DNA from: a virus
Taxonomy: Duplodnaviria; Caudoviricetes
IMG/VR virus record: IMGVR_UViG_3300030103_000167
Coordinates: 1 to 58,959 of that record
DNA: 58,959 bases
Strand: one strand, 5' to 3'
Position numbers and translations under genes: made by a program. The notes beneath the pieces are model-generated. The model saw only the letters and a program-made list of their open reading frames with translations. It ran no database searches and was not told the origin of the DNA. Numbering within the stretch: the stretch's first letter is position 1; every line of letters starts with the position of its first letter. Of this stretch, positions 27,238-36,509 are shown piece after piece.

Positions 27238-27582
27238 TTAGTATTTCCAGTCCCATCCGCTATGGGGAACTACTGATTGATTATTTATGCTAGTTTTAAC
27301 ACCTATAGTTTTTAACCATGCATTATATTCAGCAGTAATTTCCTCCATATCGTTAAAAGTAGAGTTAAGTTCATTCCATTTATTACGTGCAACTTGTGTT
27401 CCAAGATAATAATCACCATCACCTAATTTACATCTTGTTATAATTTGCCAAACTCTTTGTTTTGTTATATCAAAATGAGAACCTATTTCTTGTAGAGTAG
27501 ATTCATCGTTTTGCCACATAGCATATATACGTTCGTATTTTTCTTGACTTTCTACTTTCTTTTTTGGTGTTATACCTCTCAT
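27238..27582 (-). CDS. Sigma70 region 4-like HTH DNA-binding protein
   Basis: TLQEIGSHFDITKQRVWQII. Confidence 0.75.
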   Translation of the reverse strand: MRGITPKKKVESQEKYERIYAMWQNDESTLQEIGSHFDITKQRVWQIITRCKLGDGDYYLGTQVARNKWNELNSTFNDMEEITAEYNAWLKTIGVKTSINNQSVVPHSGWDWKY

Positions 27583-29441
27583 AGAATTATCTCCTTAACT
27601 TCACCCCATGATTGACCAAGCTCTGCGTCGACTAATAAAGGCACTGCTATATCCACACAGCCCTCCATTATATCTATAACTTTTTTAGCCTGAGCATGAT
27701 TTTCAATAGATATATCTACCTCATCATGTATTTGCAAGTGTGGGACTATTCCTTCCTTCCATAGTTCTATCATAGCTAATTTAGTCATATCAGCCGCAGA
27801 GCCTTGTATCAAACGATTGAGTGCTTTATATGTAAATGAACGTTTTAGTTCATCACCGTATTTATTTACTGCGTCATCTTTATTAAGTGGTGTAGTTCTC
27901 TCAAACTTACTTTCCCATAAATCAAATCGACATCTACGTCCACCGATAGTTTTTATAAATCCTTTCATGTTCGCAATCCGAGTGCATTGGTCTTGTAGAG
28001 CTTTTATAAAAGGAACTTTTTCATGATATTGTTGAAATAGTTTTTCTGCCTCTATATCATCTAAACCTAGTTCTCTAATTAATTTTTCTTTACCCATACC
28101 ATAGCTCAGACCAAGGTTTATTACTTTTGCTTGTTTACGTGGTATATTTGCCATATCTGCTACCATTTGGTGAAAGTCTACATTTTTCTCTGTATAACCT
28201 AATACAGCTTCTTTTGAACCAACTAAATTCATTTCACTGGCATAATGAACTGTAAGTCTTGGTTCTTGTTGTGAGTAATCGAATGCTCCCCACTCACAAC
28301 CATCTTCAGGTATAAATAAAGAACGTATAAGATTACCTATCTCTGGGTCACGAGCAGGAACTTGTTGTAGATTTGGGTTACTGTAACTAAACCTACCACT
28401 AACTGTGCCTCCTCTGTCATTACGCATAGGGTGTGCTTCGGCATGTATACGACCATTAAATACGTGGTCTCCTATCATCTTATCTATAAACGTTGTTCTA
28501 GCTTTGTTAAGTTTTCTTGCTCTGACTATAAGTTTTGGAAGTTCTTGTTCATGGTTCTCTAACCAAGCTCTTTGGAAACTTGGTGTGCCTTTTTCTGTTC
28601 TTGGGTACCATAAGTTATTTTTATCAAATATGTTTTGTAATGATGCGTTAGCCCATAAGTTTACTTCACTACCATACTTCCTTTTTATCTCTACCTGTAT
28701 TAATTGTTCTTCTTTTGATAGTTTATCGCTTATCTCATCAGCTTTATTAGTATCTACTCTTACACCTCTCCAACGCATTTCTATCAATAAAGGTATAAGT
28801 TTCAGTTCCATTTCTAAAACTTTCTGTAAATCTTGTTCTTTTATTTCTTGTTGTAATTTATCCCACAGCTTATAAGTTAATAGAGCATCTTGTTCGCCAT
28901 AAGGACCAACATATTTTGCAGGTAGTTTATACATTTCACTTTTAGGATTTACACCAAACGTCAAGGCTGCGTCTTGTAGTAACGTTTCATCTTTAGTTTC
29001 GTTACACCAGTCTTTACCCAAATTATCTAGTGAATATGAAAATCTATTTTCGTCTAATAGAGGGGCGGCAATGATAGTATCAAGAATTGTTCCTTGTATA
29101 TCAATGCCCTCCCTTTTTAACCACCCAACATCATAGAGAGAATTATGAAAGATTACTTTACGTTGGGTAGATAAAACATTTTTAAGCCATCGCATAACTA
29201 CTGCTTGGTCTAGATTACCTCCACCCGAATGTCTTATAGGCAGATATCCTGACCAACTTTTAGAGGCAACTCCAACCCCGACTATATGACCATTACCTGT
29301 AGCCCATCCTGGACCATTGATTAACAAGTTAGGGTCATAGGTTTCTAAATCGACAGCGATAGTTTCATTTGGTGCAAACTGTGGTAATACCTCAGGCACT
29401 GTCCATGAACTATCTGGTTGGAAGAAAACATCTTGTCTCAT
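27579..29441 (-). CDS. polA: DNA polymerase, family A (3'-5' exonuclease + polymerase)
   Basis: ExoI DLET, FHNSLYD; motif A DYSQQEPR, motif B RKQAKVINLGLSYGMG, motif C QIHDE. Confidence 0.95.
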   Translation of the reverse strand: MRQDVFFQPDSSWTVPEVLPQFAPNETIAVDLETYDPNLLINGPGWATGNGHIVGVGVASKSWSGYLPIRHSGGGNLDQAVVMRWLKNVLSTQRKVIFHNSLYDVGWLKREGIDIQGTILDTIIAAPLLDENRFSYSLDNLGKDWCNETKDETLLQDAALTFGVNPKSEMYKLPAKYVGPYGEQDALLTYKLWDKLQQEIKEQDLQKVLEMELKLIPLLIEMRWRGVRVDTNKADEISDKLSKEEQLIQVEIKRKYGSEVNLWANASLQNIFDKNNLWYPRTEKGTPSFQRAWLENHEQELPKLIVRARKLNKARTTFIDKMIGDHVFNGRIHAEAHPMRNDRGGTVSGRFSYSNPNLQQVPARDPEIGNLIRSLFIPEDGCEWGAFDYSQQEPRLTVHYASEMNLVGSKEAVLGYTEKNVDFHQMVADMANIPRKQAKVINLGLSYGMGKEKLIRELGLDDIEAEKLFQQYHEKVPFIKALQDQCTRIANMKGFIKTIGGRRCRFDLWESKFERTTPLNKDDAVNKYGDELKRSFTYKALNRLIQGSAADMTKLAMIELWKEGIVPHLQIHDEVDISIENHAQAKKVIDIMEGCVDIAVPLLVDAELGQSWGEVKEIIL

Positions 29442-29728
29442 TTTTTAGTTTTCTTTTTTGGTGCTTTACCTCCAACCCATGCTTCATTAACATCTGGTGT
29501 AGATTTATCGTCAGCAACGTATCTGCCTTTTTTAGTTCTAGCTCTTTGAAGTGCTGTTGTTTTACTTTCTTCAAACTTATCTAGTTTGATTTCGCCACCT
29601 TCTACGGCTATGTCTAATACCTCATCAACCACACCTTTTGTTAATTCTTGTTTATTAATTGTGCTAGTTGGTGTTTGACTAACTGTAGGTAATCCTAAAA
29701 AACCTTTTACTTTATTCCAAAAACTCAT
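29438..29728 (-). CDS. Hypothetical protein
   Basis: RARTKKGRYVADDKSTPDVNEAW, a recurring phage motif. Confidence 0.55.
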   Translation of the reverse strand: MSFWNKVKGFLGLPTVSQTPTSTINKQELTKGVVDEVLDIAVEGGEIKLDKFEESKTTALQRARTKKGRYVADDKSTPDVNEAWVGGKAPKKKTKK

Positions 29729-30069
29729 ATATCCTCCTCATCAGATACTGTTTCATGCACCTCAACGTTTTCATTGTAAGCTGCAGTTTGTGTTAATATT
29801 TCTTGTTCTACAAGTAAAAGATATCTACGTAAATCACGCACGTCGTCTAGTAGACCTGCTTCGCCACTATAAACTTCTCCTGATTTAAAGATATCCCACC
29901 CGTGTTTTTCCGACTGATGTTCTATTCTATCGAACTTACGTGCTAACATCATAAAAGCACCTACACCTCCACGTCTTTTCCAAGAATCGCCATAAGATGT
30001 TTCTGCTCGTTGTAGAGCTTGTAAATCATTTTGAGCAATCTCTTTCATAAGATTAAAATCTGCACTCAT
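29725..30069 (-). CDS. Nucleotide-modification-associated all-alpha pyrophosphatase-like protein (DUF1599/Nmad1-like)
   Basis: SYGDSWKRRGGVGAFMMLARKFDRI...DDVRDLRRYLLLVE; adjacent to the TS-like gene; start corrected by AAGGAG RBS. Confidence 0.65.
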   Translation of the reverse strand: MSADFNLMKEIAQNDLQALQRAETSYGDSWKRRGGVGAFMMLARKFDRIEHQSEKHGWDIFKSGEVYSGEAGLLDDVRDLRRYLLLVEQEILTQTAAYNENVEVHETVSDEEDI

Positions 30070-30070
30070 A

Positions 30071-31099
30071 TTATTCTCCTTTTTCCGCTTGTTCATAATG
30101 ACGCTGTTCTCGTGTGCGGAGCCAACTAAGACAAGCGTTTTTCCAGTCTACTGGAACAATTCTTTCGCATTGTTGTAATGCTTCATAGAAATTTCTACTT
30201 TTATAAAACGAATATGCAGTTGCCATAGGAACAGCTATATCTCGCATACAAGGACTTTCCCAATTATTAGAGGTTATTAAATCTGCAGGATGGTAATGAA
30301 AAAATCTATTTAGTTCCCAATCTAATACACCATTATCATAAAATAATGGAAAAGGTTTAAAATCCTCTAAGGCATCGTAATTATTTGTATGTTTAAAATA
30401 AACGTCTAATGTTAAATGTTTTACTTTATCCCAAACATCGTTTAGATAAACATGAAAGCTATCACTAACTTGTCTATAAACACCTACGTCTATTTCTAAT
30501 TTATGAGCTATGTATTCTTGTAACACTGACATATGCACCACATTCGCACCATACGCACCCCAAAGCATGTCGTTTGACCTATTACATACTGTCATATTTA
30601 ATTTATTATCTCTTATTTTAAAATAAATGTTAGTATTACAAGGAACATCTTTACCATTTTTTGCTAAATCCATTATCGGGTCCCACATCTGTAATACAGC
30701 TCGTCTATCATCTGGATTATATTTTAATATTTTTACGATTACATCTAACTGGTCTTTTAGAAAATACTTTCTCCACCTCTTACCATAGGCACCCCATAGA
30801 GTCTCACCATCATCTGAAAAATTAGACATACTAGATACATAATAAGTTAAAGTATTTAAATCATCCCTACCTGCAATCATCCACATACTTTCAATAAAAT
30901 GAAAAAAAGGGTTAGCATCTCTTTCTTCTATAAGGCAAACTCTTTCAAGAGGTTTTTTAAAAACTGTAGTAACAGGCTCAACACATTCTAAAGTTTTACC
31001 ATTTCTACTATCTTGTTCTATATAGTTTTCTGTATCTCGAAATAAATCTATTCCTCTCAATATCGCACTATTAACGTTTCTTGTTTCAATTACTCTCAT
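30071..31099 (-). CDS. Thymidylate synthase-family enzyme, probable dUMP hydroxymethylase
   Basis: SRNG, NPFFH..E..W, FSDDG..L.GAYG, KDVPCN (catalytic Cys), RSNDMLWGAYGAN (Asn = dUMP specificity), SFHVY. Confidence 0.85.
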   Translation of the reverse strand: MRVIETRNVNSAILRGIDLFRDTENYIEQDSRNGKTLECVEPVTTVFKKPLERVCLIEERDANPFFHFIESMWMIAGRDDLNTLTYYVSSMSNFSDDGETLWGAYGKRWRKYFLKDQLDVIVKILKYNPDDRRAVLQMWDPIMDLAKNGKDVPCNTNIYFKIRDNKLNMTVCNRSNDMLWGAYGANVVHMSVLQEYIAHKLEIDVGVYRQVSDSFHVYLNDVWDKVKHLTLDVYFKHTNNYDALEDFKPFPLFYDNGVLDWELNRFFHYHPADLITSNNWESPCMRDIAVPMATAYSFYKSRNFYEALQQCERIVPVDWKNACLSWLRTREQRHYEQAEKGE

Positions 31100-31995
31100 A
31101 ATCCCTCCACTATAGGTAATTTATCATTGTGTTTATATACAGACCTTGTTCTTCCTTCACCTTTAAATATACGTGAGTATTTATCGAATTCACAAAGTCC
31201 TCCTTCTATCTCTCTTAATTCATAAGGTATGTCATTTCTGAAGGTTAGATGGACAGGTAATCTTTTTAAGGCTATATCATATAAAGCAACCATTTCACTA
31301 CACCAATCATGGCTACGTTGACAGAAATCTAAAGGTCTTCCTGTTAGCCTATTCAATCCTCTCATAGCTCCTGGACCTGCATTAGCCCATGTCAACTTAT
31401 CATTAGCTGCAGACAAAAAATAAGTAAATCTTAAATCTGTAACAACCTCATACGCCATAAACGGTCCCATGTATGGATAATCTCTTAATAACTTCCAACA
31501 ATATTCTAAAGAACATTTATCTTCTTCTATTGCTTCTTCTAATTTTTCAATCAAATAATCTTTACGTTCCCACATATGAGTTATACACTCCGCTACACCT
31601 GTAACTTTATCCATACCGTTTGGAGACTTTACTATATAAGCTCCTGTAACCCATTTATCTTGTTTAGTTATTTCTTCTATTGCTTTTTTTCTATTCCAAT
31701 TTATTAATAAATCATTGTTTATAAGAGTTCTACCAGTAGGAATCCAATTAAACCATCTAAAAATAACTACTGCCATAAGCACGTCAGAACTATTACGCAT
31801 AGGCTCTCTTATATGTTTTTTAAGCCACCTAGTTGTTCTATCTTCTTCACGAAAAACTTGACAGAACTTATAATGTTGTAGAATAGAATCATCAGTCCAA
31901 GGGGGTGGTAGTTTCGATACTTCTTTTTGTATCCTGATATTTTCTCTTTCTACTTGCCAATACAAATATCTGTCAAGTTCCTCACGAATAAACAT
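31096..31995 (-). CDS. aGPT-Pplase1 family protein (HhH-glycosylase-like, thymine hypermodification)
   Basis: ERENIR...PPWTDDSIL..YKFCQVFREEDRTT, FRWFN, TGAY, GPFMAYEVVTDL, GPGAMRGL, EIEGGLCEFDKY. Confidence 0.85.
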   Translation of the reverse strand: MFIREELDRYLYWQVERENIRIQKEVSKLPPPWTDDSILQHYKFCQVFREEDRTTRWLKKHIREPMRNSSDVLMAVVIFRWFNWIPTGRTLINNDLLINWNRKKAIEEITKQDKWVTGAYIVKSPNGMDKVTGVAECITHMWERKDYLIEKLEEAIEEDKCSLEYCWKLLRDYPYMGPFMAYEVVTDLRFTYFLSAANDKLTWANAGPGAMRGLNRLTGRPLDFCQRSHDWCSEMVALYDIALKRLPVHLTFRNDIPYELREIEGGLCEFDKYSRIFKGEGRTRSVYKHNDKLPIVEGL

Positions 31996-32852
31996 TACTT
32001 TTTCCTAATTATCCAAGAACAATTATTGGCGTACTCAGGGTAGAATGTTGCAGCAACAACTCTTAAAAATTGCCTACCATATCTATTTTGGAGCATATCG
32101 AATTGAGCATCAGACCAACCTGTTGAATTAAAGGCTTCTCTCCTCTCTTCTTTTCTAGCTTTCTTTAAATTAGGTAATTGTATAAACGTTCCTGTTACTG
32201 CCTCTATGGTAAAGTTTCTTTCTAGTTCTTCTTTCAGCTCTTGATAGCCCCACTCATAGACATGGTCTTCAGGTAGTTTATCATTAGAGCCGTCGTGATT
32301 AGGCGTAGAGACAAAACCTAAAGCATTAGGTCGCATCACCCTAGCTACATCGTCAAGCCACGGAGCTATAAACTCTCTACCCATATGCTCAATAACTTCA
32401 GTAGACCAAAACATATCTATACTTTCATCTTCTAAATCAAATCTAGGATTAACAGTTAAATCTTGTATTCTTATCTCACCATTAAAGTTTTGAAACCACG
32501 TAGAGTTTTCTAAAGGGTTACCAGCATTAGACCAAAAAGGATTCTCCATAGTGCATGCAGGGTCAATATCATAACCATAATAAGACCTAATAATATCAGA
32601 CTTTTTAACTACGTATGCTTTATACAAAGCACGTAATGTCCAACACTCGCCACACCCCACTTCAAAAGTATCTAAAGGTCTGCCTAGTTTTTTAGCTTCT
32701 TCTATACACATAGAAGCAATTTTATCAAAACGACTCATATGTGCTAATTCATCTGGTCGCCAATTAGCTAATACTCCCGCACTAGCTATATCCATTCTTG
32801 TATTTTTACTATCGTTTTCATTAACGAGTAGTTTCTTTCTAATCGAAGACAT
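31995..32852 (-). CDS. Class I SAM-dependent methyltransferase
   Basis: FEVGCG (motif I), YGYDID, IQDL, STEVIEHM, RPNALGFVSTPN. Confidence 0.85.
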   Translation of the reverse strand: MSSIRKKLLVNENDSKNTRMDIASAGVLANWRPDELAHMSRFDKIASMCIEEAKKLGRPLDTFEVGCGECWTLRALYKAYVVKKSDIIRSYYGYDIDPACTMENPFWSNAGNPLENSTWFQNFNGEIRIQDLTVNPRFDLEDESIDMFWSTEVIEHMGREFIAPWLDDVARVMRPNALGFVSTPNHDGSNDKLPEDHVYEWGYQELKEELERNFTIEAVTGTFIQLPNLKKARKEERREAFNSTGWSDAQFDMLQNRYGRQFLRVVAATFYPEYANNCSWIIRKK

Positions 32853-32871
32853 AAGTCCCTCCTTTAAAATT

Positions 32872-32901
32872 AATATACTTTACTTTTAAATGCAAAGTAA
32901 A
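32872..32901 (-). promoter_or_regulatory. Promoter for the modification/polymerase operon, containing an inverted repeat
   Basis: TTTACT-18-TATATT; CTTTACTTT-N7-AAAGTAAAG palindrome. Confidence 0.65.
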
Positions 32902-32906
32902 GAACT

Positions 32907-34403
32907 TTATATTTGAAAACATCTTGTTGTTTTCGGTTCTATTAAGAACAAGTTTTCTTTTGCTCTTGTCATACCAACATAGAACACCCTATTCTCATCA
33001 TCGGGGTTCTTTTGATAATTTTTATAAACTCTATTAGTGATATCTGTTAATAAAACTACGTTAGTTGCCTCTCCACCTTTTGCTGCATGTATGGTTGATA
33101 ATCTTATACGTGGTTGTTTTGTAATCTTTTCTCCTCTACGTAACATAGCTCTTATATAACTTATCTCTGCAGGTCTTAACAATGTAAATACATCGTACCA
33201 CTCACCTGTAGGTAAATCTGGAAACTTTTCTTGTAATAGCTCTAAGTTTGGTTTTGTACTAGCCTCTAATAAATCTATCTTCTTATAATCTTTTACTTTT
33301 ATATATTTGAAAATATTTGTGCACTCTGCTAGAGATATACTTTCGCCTTTTCTTAATCTCTCCCAGTTGATAACAGCTCTTACTTTGCTTTCTGGTAAAC
33401 TTGTTTTACCTTTAACCTCAAAGAACCAACCTTCGTTTCTACAATACTCATCAACTTCTTCTAATAAATAATTTGTTCTAGCTAAAACTAACCAATCACC
33501 TTTTTCCATATTAAGTAAGTTTATGTTTGGCTCCCACCTCACTTGACCTTTATCTTTACGTGGGTGCCATGTTTTATGTATACGTGAACCTACTTGCGAT
33601 ATACATTTTTTTGCATACTCATGTACACTAGCAGGTATTCTGTATGATTGTTTTAACACCATAGCATTTTTACTATTACTAATAAGATAATCGACATCTG
33701 CCCCCGCCCATTTGTAAATAGCTTGGTCATCATCTCCAGCTACATAAATACGTTTTGAGTTATCTGCTAACTTACGCACTACAGCCCATTGTATCGGTGA
33801 TAAGTCTTGTGCTTCATCTACAAACATCACATCTAATTTAGGTATTGTGCCTTCGTGAATAAATTTATGTAACATATCTGTGTAATCTACTAATAGCTTA
33901 TCTTCTTTAAATAATTTCAATCCTCTAGAATACCTTTCTAATTCAAACCAACCTACTGCATCGTCAACACTATGCCATTGTTCTTCTAATGAAACATGTC
34001 TCATTCTAGCCAAGTTTTCAATAAAAGCCAATCTATCGTCGTGGGTCATAGCAAATAAATGTCCATCTTCTGTTTGGGTTCTGCCTGTTAACTTTAAATT
34101 TAGTTTTTCATTTAACTCTATAATATCTTCTCTGCCCATGACGTTCTCTCTAGTAAGACCTAGTTGTCTAAAAGCTAATGAATGTAGTGTTCTAAAATAA
34201 GGTAGTTCATTATTACTTACGCCAAATTTAGTCATAGCCCTTTCTTTGCCTTCGTTTACTGCTTTACGAGTAAATGTAAAAAAACCTATGTCTGTAGGCT
34301 GTGTGCCTTGCTCTAACTCTTTTTCTATGAGCTCTAAAAGAGTTGTAGTTTTACCTGTTCCTGGTGGTCCAAGAATAACTTGTGTATGTCTAGGTAACGT
34401 CAT
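32907..34403 (-). CDS. UvrD/Rep-like SF1 helicase
   Basis: GPPGTGKTT, TLHS, VDEAQD, GDDDQAIY, QSYR, STIHAAKGGE, YVGMTRAK. Confidence 0.95.
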   Translation of the reverse strand: MTLPRHTQVILGPPGTGKTTTLLELIEKELEQGTQPTDIGFFTFTRKAVNEGKERAMTKFGVSNNELPYFRTLHSLAFRQLGLTRENVMGREDIIELNEKLNLKLTGRTQTEDGHLFAMTHDDRLAFIENLARMRHVSLEEQWHSVDDAVGWFELERYSRGLKLFKEDKLLVDYTDMLHKFIHEGTIPKLDVMFVDEAQDLSPIQWAVVRKLADNSKRIYVAGDDDQAIYKWAGADVDYLISNSKNAMVLKQSYRIPASVHEYAKKCISQVGSRIHKTWHPRKDKGQVRWEPNINLLNMEKGDWLVLARTNYLLEEVDEYCRNEGWFFEVKGKTSLPESKVRAVINWERLRKGESISLAECTNIFKYIKVKDYKKIDLLEASTKPNLELLQEKFPDLPTGEWYDVFTLLRPAEISYIRAMLRRGEKITKQPRIRLSTIHAAKGGEATNVVLLTDITNRVYKNYQKNPDDENRVFYVGMTRAKENLFLIEPKTTRCFQI

Positions 34404-34987
34404 ATGCCTGTCCTAAACGTTAAATTAATTCTTTCTTTAGCTCCTATAATATCGGGTACAGCATGGGTACACTTCATTTGACTATGTCCATCGAATATAA
34501 TTACATCACCATGTTCTAATAAATAGGCAGTCTCTTTTACTAAGAAATTTTCTATTTTTGTATTTACTTCGCTTGTATCTGTTTTAGTTTTTATAGGGTT
34601 CTGATATTCTCTCCATGTAAAAACTCTAGGTGCTCCGAATGATATAGACACAACTAAATCGTCTAACGTTGGTATAGTGTCTGAGTGGTGTGGTATGCCT
34701 TTTCCATCTTCGCCATAGTAACCACATAAACAAAAAGTTAAAGATGCTTGTTTGCCGTATTCTTTTAACAACATTACCTCTGTTAATAATTTAATACCGA
34801 GTATAACATCGTTATCTGTCCAAGGTCTTCCTGTGTAGGTTTTTCCTGCATAATTAAAAGTTCCGCCAAAACCTGCGGTATATCTACCTTTTACAGTTTT
34901 GCCTTTAAACTCTCGTGTGGTTGGTTCATCCCACTCTGTAATTATCGGGTTTTTATTTTTGAAATATCCTTTTTTATAATCAATCAT
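34400..34987 (-). CDS. AlkB-family 2OG-Fe(II) dioxygenase
   Basis: HSD (HxD), VSISFGAPR, LEHGD, THAV, RINLTFR. Confidence 0.85.
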   Translation of the reverse strand: MIDYKKGYFKNKNPIITEWDEPTTREFKGKTVKGRYTAGFGGTFNYAGKTYTGRPWTDNDVILGIKLLTEVMLLKEYGKQASLTFCLCGYYGEDGKGIPHHSDTIPTLDDLVVSISFGAPRVFTWREYQNPIKTKTDTSEVNTKIENFLVKETAYLLEHGDVIIFDGHSQMKCTHAVPDIIGAKERINLTFRTGI

Positions 34988-36507
34988 ATTTTTGTATCAT
35001 TAAACTCTGGTAAGTCGTGTGGTTCTTGCTGTGTTTTAAATTCATCTATAAACCATACGTTTACGCCTTTACCTTTTATATTAAAAAAATGCGGCTCACC
35101 TTGTAATGATTTTAATTTAGATGTTAATTTATTTCTTTGGTAATCTTTAAAATTATTTCTATGTAAGTAATCCATTAAATCTCCTAATCTAAAATAAGTT
35201 TTACCTTTATCTGTCCATGGTTTATGTAATAGTAGTTCATCTTTTTCTCTAGCAGGTCTCTCTGTACAAAAAGACTCTAACAACTCCATGAAATGTCCTT
35301 CGGTTGAACTCTCCATGGGAACTTCTACTATTGTTATTACATCTAATAACTGTTGTATTATCTGTCTCCAAACGTTATCTTTTACTTTAGGTGGTATCTT
35401 GTTTAGAGCGTCCATACACTTACGCTGAAATCTATTTTGGTTGAGTAAATCATCTGTTTCTAACTCTAATCTACCACCCTCTACATCTAAAAACCATATG
35501 GGTGGGTCACTGTCTTGTTTGGTTAAGTTACTAAATAAAGGTGTTCCACCATTAGCACCAATACCGTATTTTCTTGTTCTACATAACGGACTATTACAAT
35601 GACTCGCTATAGGTTGGTCATTACATTTATAAAAATAATCTTTTCTTTTTAATTGTTTAGCTACTGTAAGAACTTCTTGTGCTCCTAAAGGTGGTTGCAT
35701 ATACTGTATGTTTACGTCCTCTAATCTTTTTTCCCAGTCATCTGCGAACTTCTTTCTTAGAAACACGCCTACATTAAATAAACCTGAGTTTCTTGTACCT
35801 TTTGGAAAACCTTGTACTACTAAATGTTGTATACATGGTGGTGCTTGGTCTAACCATTCTTGGTTTTCTGTTAAAGGACTAGCTTCTAAAGACTCTAATG
35901 TTTTAGCATTGAGTTGTATCTCCTCTGTATATTTTATAAATTCTTCTGGTGTTAGAGCTTGTCCTTCTTTACCATATGCGTATCTAGTTGAATTCACACC
36001 ACCAAAGTAAGGCATATTTAAAGTGCTTCCTCTATCACCTCTATCTAATAATAGTTTTGTTTGTTTTGGAAAAATCTCTGCTTGTCCATAACCTATTGCT
36101 GCAGCGATTTGTCTTAGTTTTCTTTGTAACATAGAAGCAGGGACAGTTTCTACCATGAATATAAATATATGTGCACCACCGCTTTTACTTCTGCACAGTA
36201 CCAATGGGAGTTTTTGTTGTGCTAGTTTGACTGCTAGATACTTTAAATCTAGTTGATATTCATCAACGTCAATAGCCCCCCATACACATTCATTATCTTC
36301 ATTGATAGGAACTATCCCTAAACTTTGCTCACCGTTAAGGTGTTTTTGCCATAAAGATAAAACTTCATTATCATCTAACTGTTTAGATATAGTGATATTT
36401 TTACCACTGGCTTTTCCATCCTCTCTTGTTTCATTCGTAGAGGTAAACGTTCCGTATGCAGAGCGTAGCCCCGCATAACGTTTTGCGAACGTTTCTGCTA
36501 GAGACAT
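34984..36507 (-). CDS. AEP-type primase (primase-polymerase) with PriCT-like domain
   Basis: WGAIDVD (DxD), RSKSGGAH, EIFPKQ, LNMPYF, PPC...GTRNSGLF, Cys cluster. Confidence 0.8.
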   Translation of the reverse strand: MSLAETFAKRYAGLRSAYGTFTSTNETREDGKASGKNITISKQLDDNEVLSLWQKHLNGEQSLGIVPINEDNECVWGAIDVDEYQLDLKYLAVKLAQQKLPLVLCRSKSGGAHIFIFMVETVPASMLQRKLRQIAAAIGYGQAEIFPKQTKLLLDRGDRGSTLNMPYFGGVNSTRYAYGKEGQALTPEEFIKYTEEIQLNAKTLESLEASPLTENQEWLDQAPPCIQHLVVQGFPKGTRNSGLFNVGVFLRKKFADDWEKRLEDVNIQYMQPPLGAQEVLTVAKQLKRKDYFYKCNDQPIASHCNSPLCRTRKYGIGANGGTPLFSNLTKQDSDPPIWFLDVEGGRLELETDDLLNQNRFQRKCMDALNKIPPKVKDNVWRQIIQQLLDVITIVEVPMESSTEGHFMELLESFCTERPAREKDELLLHKPWTDKGKTYFRLGDLMDYLHRNNFKDYQRNKLTSKLKSLQGEPHFFNIKGKGVNVWFIDEFKTQQEPHDLPEFNDTKI

Positions 36508-36509
36508 AG

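Noticed and set aside
27579-29441. HMO-2011-type polymerase with DnaJ insertion, or an intein
   Set aside because: No CxxCxGxG repeats, and the 620-aa length leaves no room for an insertion
30071-31099. dCMP hydroxymethylase (cytosine modification)
   Set aside because: The specificity residue is Asn (GAN), not Asp, and the neighbours are thymine-modification genes
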